Made by a program: the position numbers and the translations under genes | The notes under the pieces: model-generated | The model's input: the letters and a program-made list of their open reading frames with translations, nothing else | The model's database searches: none | What the model was told of the DNA's origin: nothing | NCBI GenBank assembly: GCA_963828735.1 | Contig: CAWHFW010000005.1 | Span: forward strand, 952,417 to 1,016,416 | DNA length: 64,000 nucleotides | Origin: an uncultured Gemmatimonadales bacterium | GTDB taxonomy: Bacteria > Gemmatimonadota > Gemmatimonadetes > Gemmatimonadales > GWC2-71-9 | Direction: 5' to 3' | Shown here: piece by piece, positions 36,914-46,432 of the stretch | Numbering within the stretch: position 1 is the first letter of the stretch | Layout: each line of letters starts with the position of its first letter

Positions 36914-37146
36914 GCGTCGCCGCCGCCATCCTTGCGGTTGAGCTGACGGATCAGCGAGTACAGGGTGCCGCCGAACCCCAGCAGCACCGCGGCGATGGTG
37001 ACGATGCCATTGGCGCCGAGCTTCTTATCGGCCCATTGGCCGACCAGAACGAACACCACCAGACTGACCGCCAGCTGGATCCCCAATCCGGCGTAGCGCA
37101 TCGGCCCGGGCTCGTTACCACCGCCATCAGGATCCGGGGCGTTCAC
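36910..37146 (-). CDS. AtpZ/AtpR-like small membrane protein
   Basis: 78 aa with a GTG start. YAGLGIQLAVSLVVFVLVGQWADKKLG is the typical AtpZ-type motif. First gene of the atp cluster. Confidence 0.65.
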   Translation of the reverse strand: MNAPDPDGGGNEPGPMRYAGLGIQLAVSLVVFVLVGQWADKKLGANGIVTIAAVLLGFGGTLYSLIRQLNRKDGGGDA

Positions 37147-37164
37147 GGCGCAAAGCTACCCGCT

Positions 37165-37180
37165 TGTGAAATTTGTCGCA
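37165..37180. promoter_or_regulatory. CRP/FNR-like palindromic half-site pair in the atp/moxR divergent region
   Basis: TGTGA-AATTTG-TCGCA against the textbook TGTGA-N6-TCACA (one mismatch), 19 nt upstream of the atpZ-like start. Confidence 0.25.
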
Positions 37181-37328
37181 AGCTCGGAAAGAGGCCGGAA
37201 TTCGCCGCTGCCACCGCTTGCGGGAAGGCCAATATTGCACCGGGGTACCGCGACCGCGACCCTCCTCGGCCCTTTCCTTTTATGGAGGAGAGAAGCGAAA
37301 CGATTCTGCCTTGGCTGGCGTCCATCCA

Positions 37329-38396
<1,068 letters not shown>

Positions 38397-38430
38397 GACC
38401 GGGGACCTGGCGGCTCGTCTCCCGGAATGA

Positions 38431-38460
38431 CGAAGGCCCGGCCGATTGGCCGGGCCTTCG
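38431..38460. terminator. Bidirectional hairpin between convergent genes
   Basis: CGAAGGCCCGGCC-GATT-GGCCGGGCCTTCG, a 13-bp perfect stem. Confidence 0.6.
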
Positions 38461-38481
38461 CGTACCTGGATTCGACCTCGA

Positions 38482-39543
38482 TCAGTTGATCGGCGTCACC
38501 AGGTCGTAGAAGACGTCCGCCGACCCCTGATAGAACCCGATGATGTTCTGGAGCGTCTGCTCCTCTTCGGGCGTCAGCGCCTGGCCGTCGGCGCCGGTGA
38601 TGACCGGATCGCCGTCGGTCATGTTCACCATGGCGAACACGTCGCCATTCACTTTGACCGTCAGCGTCCCGCCGCTCACGCCGAAGCTCCCGATCAGGCG
38701 GACGTTGCCGTTCGGGCCGCTGATGACGAGATCGAGCGTGATCGTCGTCTCGGTGCTCGAGATGTTGGAGGATGTCGCGGTCCAGTCGAGCGAGAGGTGC
38801 CGAGACGGCACGTCGATATGGTAGTCGAGCGAGATCACCAGCTGCCCGTTGTTGTCGGTGATCGTGTTGTTCAGCTCGAAGTTGGCAATCGTTCCGCCGT
38901 TTGAGGCGAATCCGTCGATGAGGATGACGCCGCCCGTCGCAGTCGCGTGGCCGGACACGTTGTACTCCAGATACACCACGCCGCCCTCGACGACCTTGAT
39001 GCCCACGTCGACGTTGCTGGCGGTGCTGTGGTCGGTGAGGTCGACGTAGCCCACCTCGACCAGTGGCTCGACCGGCTGGAGGAGCACCGGGTCGACCGCG
39101 TAGAGCTTGAACCGCACGCCCGAGCTGGGCGCGCCGGAGAGGTCCGAGACGACGTAGGCGTCGGAGCTCACATCCCACACGAAGGTCTTGCCGGCCAGGT
39201 TGGACGGAACCGTAGCAACCATCGCCTGGAGCGCGCCGCGTTGCGGCACGAGGGCGGCGAGCTCGCGGGCGTAGCGGCCGGCGCCGCCGGTCGCGCCGCG
39301 GACCGCGAGCGCCGAGCTCCTCACGACGGTCGACCCGTTCAGCGCAGCCGAGATGTCGCCGCCCAGCATCGCGAAGCTCGACATCTGCTCCGTCGAGAAA
39401 GCCGCCTCGGCGGCCGACATGTCATCGGTCGTGCCCTGCGGGTCGAATTCGGCAGGGGCGCCGGAGTCCTTGGCGCATCCGGCGAGCGCCAGGGCGAGAA
39501 CGGCAGCCACGACCGACCGCCTTGCGATATGCGTGACACGCAT
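38482..39543 (-). CDS. Lipoprotein, function unknown
   Basis: 353 aa. Lipobox LALAGC after a basic/hydrophobic leader. Beta-rich, Thr/Gly/Val-rich body. Confidence 0.7.
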   Translation of the reverse strand: MRVTHIARRSVVAAVLALALAGCAKDSGAPAEFDPQGTTDDMSAAEAAFSTEQMSSFAMLGGDISAALNGSTVVRSSALAVRGATGGAGRYARELAALVPQRGALQAMVATVPSNLAGKTFVWDVSSDAYVVSDLSGAPSSGVRFKLYAVDPVLLQPVEPLVEVGYVDLTDHSTASNVDVGIKVVEGGVVYLEYNVSGHATATGGVILIDGFASNGGTIANFELNNTITDNNGQLVISLDYHIDVPSRHLSLDWTATSSNISSTETTITLDLVISGPNGNVRLIGSFGVSGGTLTVKVNGDVFAMVNMTDGDPVITGADGQALTPEEEQTLQNIIGFYQGSADVFYDLVTPIN

Positions 39544-39984
39544 GGGTATCCGCCTCCGTAGGGAGTTCCGAAACTGGTTTTGAAGCCGTTGGTGCGCTTG
39601 GTGTTAACAGCGAACGTCGAATCCTGCAGTGGCCGGCGAGGCGCCGACGGCGGGGAATTGGGCAACCCCCATGCCCGCCACCCGACTCGCACGGAGCGCG
39701 ACCGGTTCGGCATGTTTGGAGTGTTCGGCTGACGGATACTCTGCCAACCACGGTGAAGGAATGATCGGGGTCATCATGGAGGGTGCGCTGTTCGTCGCGC
39801 TGATCGCGACGGTGGCCGCCCTCCTTTTCTATGCCCTGGTGCGATGGACGCTGCTCGGCCTGCGACCAGGGGCTTCGCAGCTGGCGCGGGACACTCTGTC
39901 ATCCCCGGGCGCGTCACAGACCGCGCCCGTCGCGGGCTCCATCATGGCAAGGTGCTGTTCCCGCTTTCGCGAAGGAGTTCAGCC

Positions 39985-40755
39985 ATGATCCGCCCCGCGT
40001 CTCTCATCGCTACCGCCCTGATCCTCACTCTCCAGGCGTGCGACGCTCGCGCCCCCACGGGCCCCACGACTTCCCTGCCCGGGGCCACGCCGGTCGATCC
40101 CTCCGCCGCGACGGCCGACGTCCGGACGAGCATCAACCCACCGTTCGATCCGTCGAACTTCGTGGCCGCGATCACCAATCCCTACCTGCCGATGACTCCG
40201 GGCACGCTGTTCCACTACCGGAGCGAGACGCCCGACGGCGTGGAGATCAACCTGGTCCGCGTCACCCGCCAGACGAAGCAGATCCTCGGCGTGACGGTGA
40301 CGGTCATCCACGACCAGGTGTTCCTCGACGGGGACCTGACCGAGGACACCTTCGACTGGGAGGCGCAGGATCGGCAGGGGAACGTCTGGTACTTCGGTGA
40401 AGACTCGAAGGAGCTCGAGAACGGCCAGGTGGTGAGCACCGAGGGATCGTGGGAGGCGGGCAAGCAGGGGGCGCATGCGGGTGTCATCATGTTCGCGCAC
40501 CCGCAGCTGGGCAAAGCCTACGTGCAGGAGGACGCTCCCGACGTCGCGGAGGACCGGGCCAAGGCCCTGAGCCTCAAGGCCAAGGTGGACGTCCCGTTCG
40601 GCCACTTCCAGAACTGCCTGCACACCCAGGAGTGGACGCTCCTGGAGCACGACCGCGAGCACAAGTTCTATTGTCCGGGCGTCGGGCTGGTGGAGGAGAG
40701 GCATCCGGCCGGCGGGAACATCACCAACGAGCTTGTGGCGATCACGCACTTCTGA
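39985..40755 (+). CDS. Lipoprotein, function unknown
   Basis: Trimmed to the ATG at 39985 behind AAGGAG. Leader MIRPASLIATALILTLQAC. Confidence 0.7.
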   Translation: MIRPASLIATALILTLQACDARAPTGPTTSLPGATPVDPSAATADVRTSINPPFDPSNFVAAITNPYLPMTPGTLFHYRSETPDGVEINLVRVTRQTKQILGVTVTVIHDQVFLDGDLTEDTFDWEAQDRQGNVWYFGEDSKELENGQVVSTEGSWEAGKQGAHAGVIMFAHPQLGKAYVQEDAPDVAEDRAKALSLKAKVDVPFGHFQNCLHTQEWTLLEHDREHKFYCPGVGLVEERHPAGGNITNELVAITHF

Positions 40756-40881
40756 GCGCGGCACATGGTGGCGCTCTCACCCCGAAAGAAGCGAGGGGTC
40801 CTGCTTGCTGGTCCGGAACCGTTCCGTCGTTCCGATGCCTGCCGGCAAGATCCCTCGCTTCGCCCGGGATGACACGACAGC

Positions 40882-42560
40882 TCACCCCTCTCCCTTCGGC
40901 TCGACCGGAAGCCCAGCCTCCTTCCACGCCACCCATCCCCCGATCAACGCTCTCGCCTTCTTCCATCCCGCTCGACGAAGCTCTCGCGCCACCCGGGCGC
41001 TTGTGGCCTCGTCCTTTCACATGCAGTAGAGGACGAGGGTGGCGTTGGGGTCGAGTCGTCGTTCTCGCGCCAGGCGAACCGCGTCGTCCGGTGGAAAGCG
41101 GAGCGCCCCGACGCCGATGCCCGGCTCGTCGCGGTAGCTCCGCTCGGTGCGGACGTCGAGCACGACGATCGGCTCACCCGAACGGTGGAGGTCGCGGAAC
41201 TCCTGGATCGAGATCTTCTCCGGCACCGGCGCGGCGTCGGCCGGGCGCGTGGGCGCCGGTGCCGGGCGCGAGGGCGTCACATGCGTCTGCGTGTCCGCGA
41301 GCGACGGGCGCGTGGCCACCGTGGCCGGGACCTCGGACTCACCCCCGGACGGTGGCGCACCCGTCCCCGCGCCCCCGTGGCGCAGGAGATAGAGCGCGAT
41401 CCCGCCGCCGTGGATGACGACCGAGAAGAGCACCACCAGGCAGGTGATGGTGAAGAGCTGCTCGGCCCCGGGCACGCCCGCGAACACGGGCAACAGCACC
41501 AGCAGCAGCGAGCTCAGCCCGCGCGGCCCGAACGTGGCGATGAGGCGGCGGCTCCGGTCGTCTACACCCGACCGGCGAAGCACCGGGAGGAGCACCAGGG
41601 TACGCATCGAGAGGGCCACTGCCGCGAACACGAGCATGCGCCAGTCGCCCGCGAGGGAGAGGCCAGTCCAGATGAGCCCGGTTCCAAAGGCGACGAACGC
41701 GAACAGCAGGAACATCTCCGCTGACGCCTCGCCGTAGTCGGTGAAGCAGTCGCACAGCTCGACGTCGATCGCCGCGATGACGAGCCCCGCCGCGAACGCC
41801 GCCAGGAACCCGCTGCCGCCCACCGCCTCGGCGGCCGCGTACGCCGTGAACGCGACGCCCAGCGCGTAAAGCGATTCGTAGTCCCGCCGCACGCCCACCT
41901 TCTTGCGGACGGTGTCGAGCAGCGTGATGGCCACCCAGCCGGAGAACACGCCGAGCATCGGGCCGAGGAGGAAGAGGCCGACCGCGTGCCTTCCGATCTC
42001 CCACGCGGGCGCCGCGATCCCGGCCCGAAGCAAGAGCATGCACAGCACCACGATCGGGAGCAGGATCGACGTCGTTCATCCCGCTCTCGAGCCGGAGCGC
42101 GAGCTTGGCCGAGGGCAGCACCGCGGGGTGGCGCATGAGGGTCCGCAGCAGGACCGGATCGGTCGAGGCGAGCGCCGCGCCGAGGAGGGCCGCGGCGGGC
42201 CAGCTCAGGTCGAGCAGCAGCCGCGCGAGCGAGCGTGATGAGCGCCGCGGGGAGGAGGGTTCCGGGCCCGAGGATGAGCGCCGCGAGTTTCCGCTGTTGG
42301 CGCACCTGGCCGATGTCCACGCCGATGGCGTCGGTGAACAGCACCAGCACCAGCGCCAGCGTCGCGATGACCTGGAGCATCGGGGAATCGAGCGTCAGCT
42401 CGACCACGCCGAAGCCGGCCGGGCCGAGCGCCGCGCCGACAAGCAGGAAGATCGCGACGAGCGGCAGCCCGGTCCGCTCCACGGCGCCCGAGAGCAGGGA
42501 CGAGATGATGATGACGATCCCGACCAGGGCCAGGAGCGCGGTGAAGCCCTCGTGAGTCAT
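40882..42560 (-). pseudogene. Cation:proton antiporter (CPA1-like) fused to a C-terminal rhodanese domain; two +1 frameshifts and one in-frame TGA
   Basis: The coding sense passes through three frames: 42560 to ~42225, then ~42225 to ~42070, then ~42070 to 41020. After the TGA at 41019..41017 it continues in frame as KDEATSARVARELRRAGWKKARALIGGWVAWKEAGLPVEPKGEG to the stop at 40884..40882. Confidence 0.75.
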
Positions 42561-42561
42561 G

Positions 42562-42574
42562 GGGACAAGTATAC
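42562..42574. promoter_or_regulatory. GGGACAAGTATAC motif abutting the antiporter-rhodanese start
   Basis: Exact 13-mer shared with 44175..44187. On the minus strand it reads TATACT-N7-ATG. Confidence 0.4.
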
Positions 42575-42716
42575 CAGGCGGAGGTTAGCTCGTGTCCTCA
42601 GAGAGGCCCTCGTTCACGAAGATGGGCCCAATTCTACTTTGCAGAATTGCGGCTTCTTTCTCCATGAACGCGCTGCCGCGAAGGAGGTACGCGGAGCCCG
42701 ATGAGCTCCGGATGCG

Positions 42717-43619
42717 TCAGGGCAGTCCGATGACGCTGCCCACGCCGGCGTAGGTGTACTGTTCCTTCCAGGTCTTCTTGAATCTGTAGAACGCCGGCTC
42801 CCCAGTGCAGTGGCCCGGTGCTACGCGGTCCACCTTGTAGGTGTCGTGGAGGGCGGTCGCGATGCGCGCGATAACCTCGTCCGGAGCCGCCGGCAGATGG
42901 AATCCGCCAACTACCATGTGCACGTGCCGGTCAATGGCGGTTGACGCCTCCACGATCTTCTCGATTCCCGGATGCGAGCACCCAACCACCACGACCATCC
43001 CTTGTGGCGTCTCCAGGGCCAGTGACAGTTCGCGCAATTCCTTGGTACCAACCGCGTCGGAGACGAGCGAGATGATGTGCACGCCAGGGGCCACTTCGAG
43101 CGTCGAATCGACCGTCACGAATGTACCCTTGGGCCAGGCCGTACCGAATGCGAGAGTGTCCGCGGGATGGCCGTCGTAATATCGCATCTCCTCGGGCAGC
43201 GAGTCTTGTTTCCGGTAGAACGTGCTTGGCAGCGCGCTGCCGAACACGCCGAATGCCTCCTTGGGCGCGTAGATTTTTACCGTCGGGTTGACGCTCAACA
43301 AATAGGTGAGACCCGCCGTGTGGTCGAGGTGGCGATGCGAGATGACGACGAAGTCCAGCTGCTTGAGGTCAACGCCTGCGGCCTTGACGTTCTGGGCAAA
43401 GATCGACGGGTTGTTGCCGGTGTCGAACAGGATGCGCTTCCCGCCGTGCTCGATGAGGGCGGAATACCCCCAGTCCTTTTTCATTGTCGGAGACTTCCCA
43501 AACGCGTCGTACAGAATGGTGACGCGATTCACCGGGTCCGCCAGGCGCTCGTGCAAGGTGTACCCGCTAAGCAGCAGCACGAGCGCAAGCGCTGCCATGG
43601 AGCCGTGCCGGTAAGACAT
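42717..43619 (-). CDS. Metallo-beta-lactamase-fold hydrolase, secreted
   Basis: 300 aa with a signal peptide. HRHLDHTAG (HxHxDH) motif. Confidence 0.85.
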   Translation of the reverse strand: MSYRHGSMAALALVLLLSGYTLHERLADPVNRVTILYDAFGKSPTMKKDWGYSALIEHGGKRILFDTGNNPSIFAQNVKAAGVDLKQLDFVVISHRHLDHTAGLTYLLSVNPTVKIYAPKEAFGVFGSALPSTFYRKQDSLPEEMRYYDGHPADTLAFGTAWPKGTFVTVDSTLEVAPGVHIISLVSDAVGTKELRELSLALETPQGMVVVVGCSHPGIEKIVEASTAIDRHVHMVVGGFHLPAAPDEVIARIATALHDTYKVDRVAPGHCTGEPAFYRFKKTWKEQYTYAGVGSVIGLP

Positions 43620-43736
43620 TTTCGCCTCCCGTAGCCGATCTCACACACGCCGGATCCGGGAGGCGGTTGCCCCCTCCCGGGTCCACCCGTAGGTTTTGTT
43701 TCTACACCTGGCAGCGCCTAGGCGCAGCGAGGCAAC

Positions 43737-43997
43737 ATGGACCCACTGTTTTTTCCCACCGCCGTCGTCACCATCCTCATCGCCGCCATGGGGATATGGG
43801 GCGCAGTCAAGATCGCGAAGATTATAGCCCACAGCCGCGTCGGCGGGGACCCTGACACCGCTGCCCATCTCCAAGCGTTGGATCAGGAGGTGGGGACACT
43901 CCGGCAGGAGATGGTCGAGACGCAGGAGCGGCTAGACTTTGCCGAACGGCTGCTGGGGGAGGGACCGAAAACGCGCCGAGTGGAACCGCAGCGCTAG
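43737..43997 (+). CDS. Small membrane protein with coiled-coil tail
   Basis: 86 aa. One TM segment (FFPTAVVTILIAAMGIWGAV), then LQALDQEVGTLRQEMVETQERLDFAERLL. Confidence 0.5.
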   Translation: MDPLFFPTAVVTILIAAMGIWGAVKIAKIIAHSRVGGDPDTAAHLQALDQEVGTLRQEMVETQERLDFAERLLGEGPKTRRVEPQR

Positions 43998-44174
43998 AAT
44001 TGCGCGCACCAAAATCCCCACTTTCCAACCTGGATGCTGGTCACGCTTTGGAAGGCCATAGAGGCCCTCCGGCGTAGGTCCAGAATCTCAATCCGAACCC
44101 CGTGAATCGATTTGGCGTAGCATGTTGAGCCGGTAGGAGATACGGGCTTTCCGAAGGTAACGCGCGGTCAGCTT

Positions 44175-44187
44175 GGGACAAGTATAC
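44175..44187 (+). promoter_or_regulatory. GGGACAAGTATAC motif upstream of the K+/H+ antiporter gene
   Basis: Exact 13-mer shared with 42562..42574. TATACT-N6-ATG. Confidence 0.4.
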
Positions 44188-44194
44188 TAGACCC

Positions 44195-45676
44195 ATGTCC
44201 ACGAGCGAGCCGTTCGGCACCGCCCTGCTGCTGGCCACCGCCGGCGCCTTGATGACCGCGAGCGTCCTGTTCAGCCGGGCGTCACAGCGGATCGGGGTGC
44301 CGATCGCACTGCTGTTCCTCGTGATCGGCATGCTGGCCGGGTCCGAGGGCATCGGCGGGATCGACTTCGACGATTACCGGTTCGCCTACCGGCTCGGCTC
44401 GGTGGCCCTGGCCCTGATCCTGTTCGACGGCGGCCTCAACACCCCGCTCGCGGCGCTCCGCCGCACTTGGGCGCCGGCCTCGGTGCTGGCGACGGTGGGC
44501 GTCGTGCTCACGGCACTGGCGATCGCGGTGCCGGCCCACGCCTGGGGTCTGGCGTGGCCGCAGGCGCTCGTGCTCGGCGGGGTCGTGTCCTCCACCGACG
44601 CCGCGTCGGTGTTCGCCGTGCTGCGCGGGAGCGGACTCCAGCTCAAGCGGCGGGTGGGCACCACCCTCGAGCTCGAGTCGGGACTCAACGATCCGGTCGC
44701 CGTCATCCTCACGGTCACCCTCACCGCGAACCTGCTCCATCCCGTCGCGGCCGAGCCGGCGCGCGTCGCGGTCGAGGTCGTGCTGCAGCTCGTGGTGGGT
44801 GCGGCGCTCGGGATGGCGATCGGGCGCGGCGGGCGCGAGCTGCTGCGCCGGAATCCGCTCCCGAGCGGCGGACTCTACCCCGCGCTCACGCTCGCGCTCG
44901 CGCTCCTGGCCTATGGGGTCACGACGCTGCTCCACGGCAGCGGCTTCCTGGCGGTCTACCTCGCCGGCATGATCCTGGGCAACGCGCCCCTTCCCTATCA
45001 CGCCGGGCTGCTGCGGGTGCACGATGCGCTCGCGTGGCTGGCGCAGATCGGCATGTTCCTCGTGCTCGGCCTGCTCGTGTTTCCGAGCGGGCTGCTCGAG
45101 GTGGCGGGTACCGGGCTGGGCCTGGCGCTGGTGCTCGCGATCGTGGTGCGGCCCGCGATCGTGGCCCTGTGCCTGGCGCCGTTCCGCTACCCATGGCGGG
45201 AGACGGTGTACATCGGCTGGGTCGGGCTGCGCGGCGCGGTGCCGATCGTGCTCGCCACCTATCCGGTGCTGGTCGGGGCCCCGGGCGCGGATCGGATCTT
45301 CCACGTCGTGTTCTTCATCGTCGTGGTGAACGCCCTGGTGCCGGGCGGCACGGTAGCGTGGGCGACGCGGAGGCTCGGCCTCCAGACCTCCCAGCCGCCG
45401 GCCGCGCAGGCGGTGCTGGCGATCGAGTCGCGCCTGCCGCTCGAGGGCGAGCTCCTGTCGTTCTACATCGACGAAGCGCTGGTGGTGGCGGGGATCCCGC
45501 TCGAGGAGCTGGACTTTCCGGATGGATCCTCGGTCATGCTGATCGTGCGCGGGAATCGGCTGGTGCCGCCCAAGGGCTCGACGACGCTCGAGCCGGGGGA
45601 CCACGTCTACCTGGTCACGCAGCCGGAGGACAAGCCGCTCATGCAGCTCATGTTCGGCCGGCCGGAGGAGGAGTAG
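44195..45676 (+). CDS. K+/H+ (NhaP2/CvrA-type) cation:proton antiporter with C-terminal TrkA-C domain
   Basis: 493 aa. GVPIALLFLVIGMLAGSEGIGGIDFDD, ESGLNDPVAV and a C-terminal RCK_C-like region (LIVRGNRLVPPKGSTTLEPGDHVYLV). Confidence 0.9.
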   Translation: MSTSEPFGTALLLATAGALMTASVLFSRASQRIGVPIALLFLVIGMLAGSEGIGGIDFDDYRFAYRLGSVALALILFDGGLNTPLAALRRTWAPASVLATVGVVLTALAIAVPAHAWGLAWPQALVLGGVVSSTDAASVFAVLRGSGLQLKRRVGTTLELESGLNDPVAVILTVTLTANLLHPVAAEPARVAVEVVLQLVVGAALGMAIGRGGRELLRRNPLPSGGLYPALTLALALLAYGVTTLLHGSGFLAVYLAGMILGNAPLPYHAGLLRVHDALAWLAQIGMFLVLGLLVFPSGLLEVAGTGLGLALVLAIVVRPAIVALCLAPFRYPWRETVYIGWVGLRGAVPIVLATYPVLVGAPGADRIFHVVFFIVVVNALVPGGTVAWATRRLGLQTSQPPAAQAVLAIESRLPLEGELLSFYIDEALVVAGIPLEELDFPDGSSVMLIVRGNRLVPPKGSTTLEPGDHVYLVTQPEDKPLMQLMFGRPEEE

Positions 45677-45798
45677 CGGGCTGGACCGGAGCGAGGCCTG
45701 TGCCTCCCGTCACGGCCCGACGACCGTCCCTCGCGCTATTGCAGTGACGTCCCCCGGCCGGCGTCCGCCGCGCCGGGGGCATCACGGGCGAGGTACCC

Positions 45799-46326
45799 AT
45801 GTCCATCGACTGGCACGAGCTGCTGGTCCCGTCCGTCAGCCTTGCGGAGCTCGTGCTCCGCGGCTCGGCGATGTACCTCTTCATCCTCGCCGCGATGCGG
45901 CTGTTCCGCCGCGAGGCCGGCGCGCTCGGCACGGCCGATCTCCTCGTCATCGTGCTCGTGGCGGACGCCGCACAGAACGCGATGGCCGCCGAGTACCACT
46001 CGCTCACCGAGGGCGTGGTGCTGGTGGCAACGATCTACGGGTGGAACTACCTGCTCGACTGGCTGGCGTTCCGCTCGCCCGCGGTCTACCGGCTGCTCAA
46101 CCAGGCGCCGCTGCCGCTCGTCCGGGACGGGCGGGTCCTCCGGAAGAACATGCGCTCGGAGATGCTCACGCTCGAGGACCTGATGGAGCAGCTCCGCGAG
46201 CAGGGCGTGGAGCGGGTGGCCGACGTGAAGCGCTGCTTTCTCGAGTCCGACGGGCGGCTGAGCATCATCCGGCGGAAGGACGACGACGGCGACCGGCCGC
46301 CCGACCGGGAGCGCGCCACCACCTGA
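45799..46326 (+). CDS. DUF421 (YetF-like) membrane protein
   Basis: 175 aa. LVLRGSAMYLFILAAMRLFRREAGALGTADLLVIVLVADA is the typical family N-terminus. Confidence 0.8.
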   Translation: MSIDWHELLVPSVSLAELVLRGSAMYLFILAAMRLFRREAGALGTADLLVIVLVADAAQNAMAAEYHSLTEGVVLVATIYGWNYLLDWLAFRSPAVYRLLNQAPLPLVRDGRVLRKNMRSEMLTLEDLMEQLREQGVERVADVKRCFLESDGRLSIIRRKDDDGDRPPDRERATT

Positions 46327-46432
46327 GCGGCGCTTGCGGGGCCTCCGGCCCGCCCGCCGGACTGGTTCAGACGCCCGGACGATGCTAAAGTTTCTACTCC
46401 CTCCACCTCCTCATTCGGGTATGCTCGTGGGC

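Noticed and set aside
43623-43720. 9-bp inverted repeat CGCCTCCCG...CGGGAGGCG with a 25-nt loop, and a 12-nt palindrome GCGCCTAGGCGC, upstream of the small membrane-protein gene
   Set aside because: These are single occurrences with a long loop and no second copy or obvious partner regulator. They are plausible operators but unsupported.
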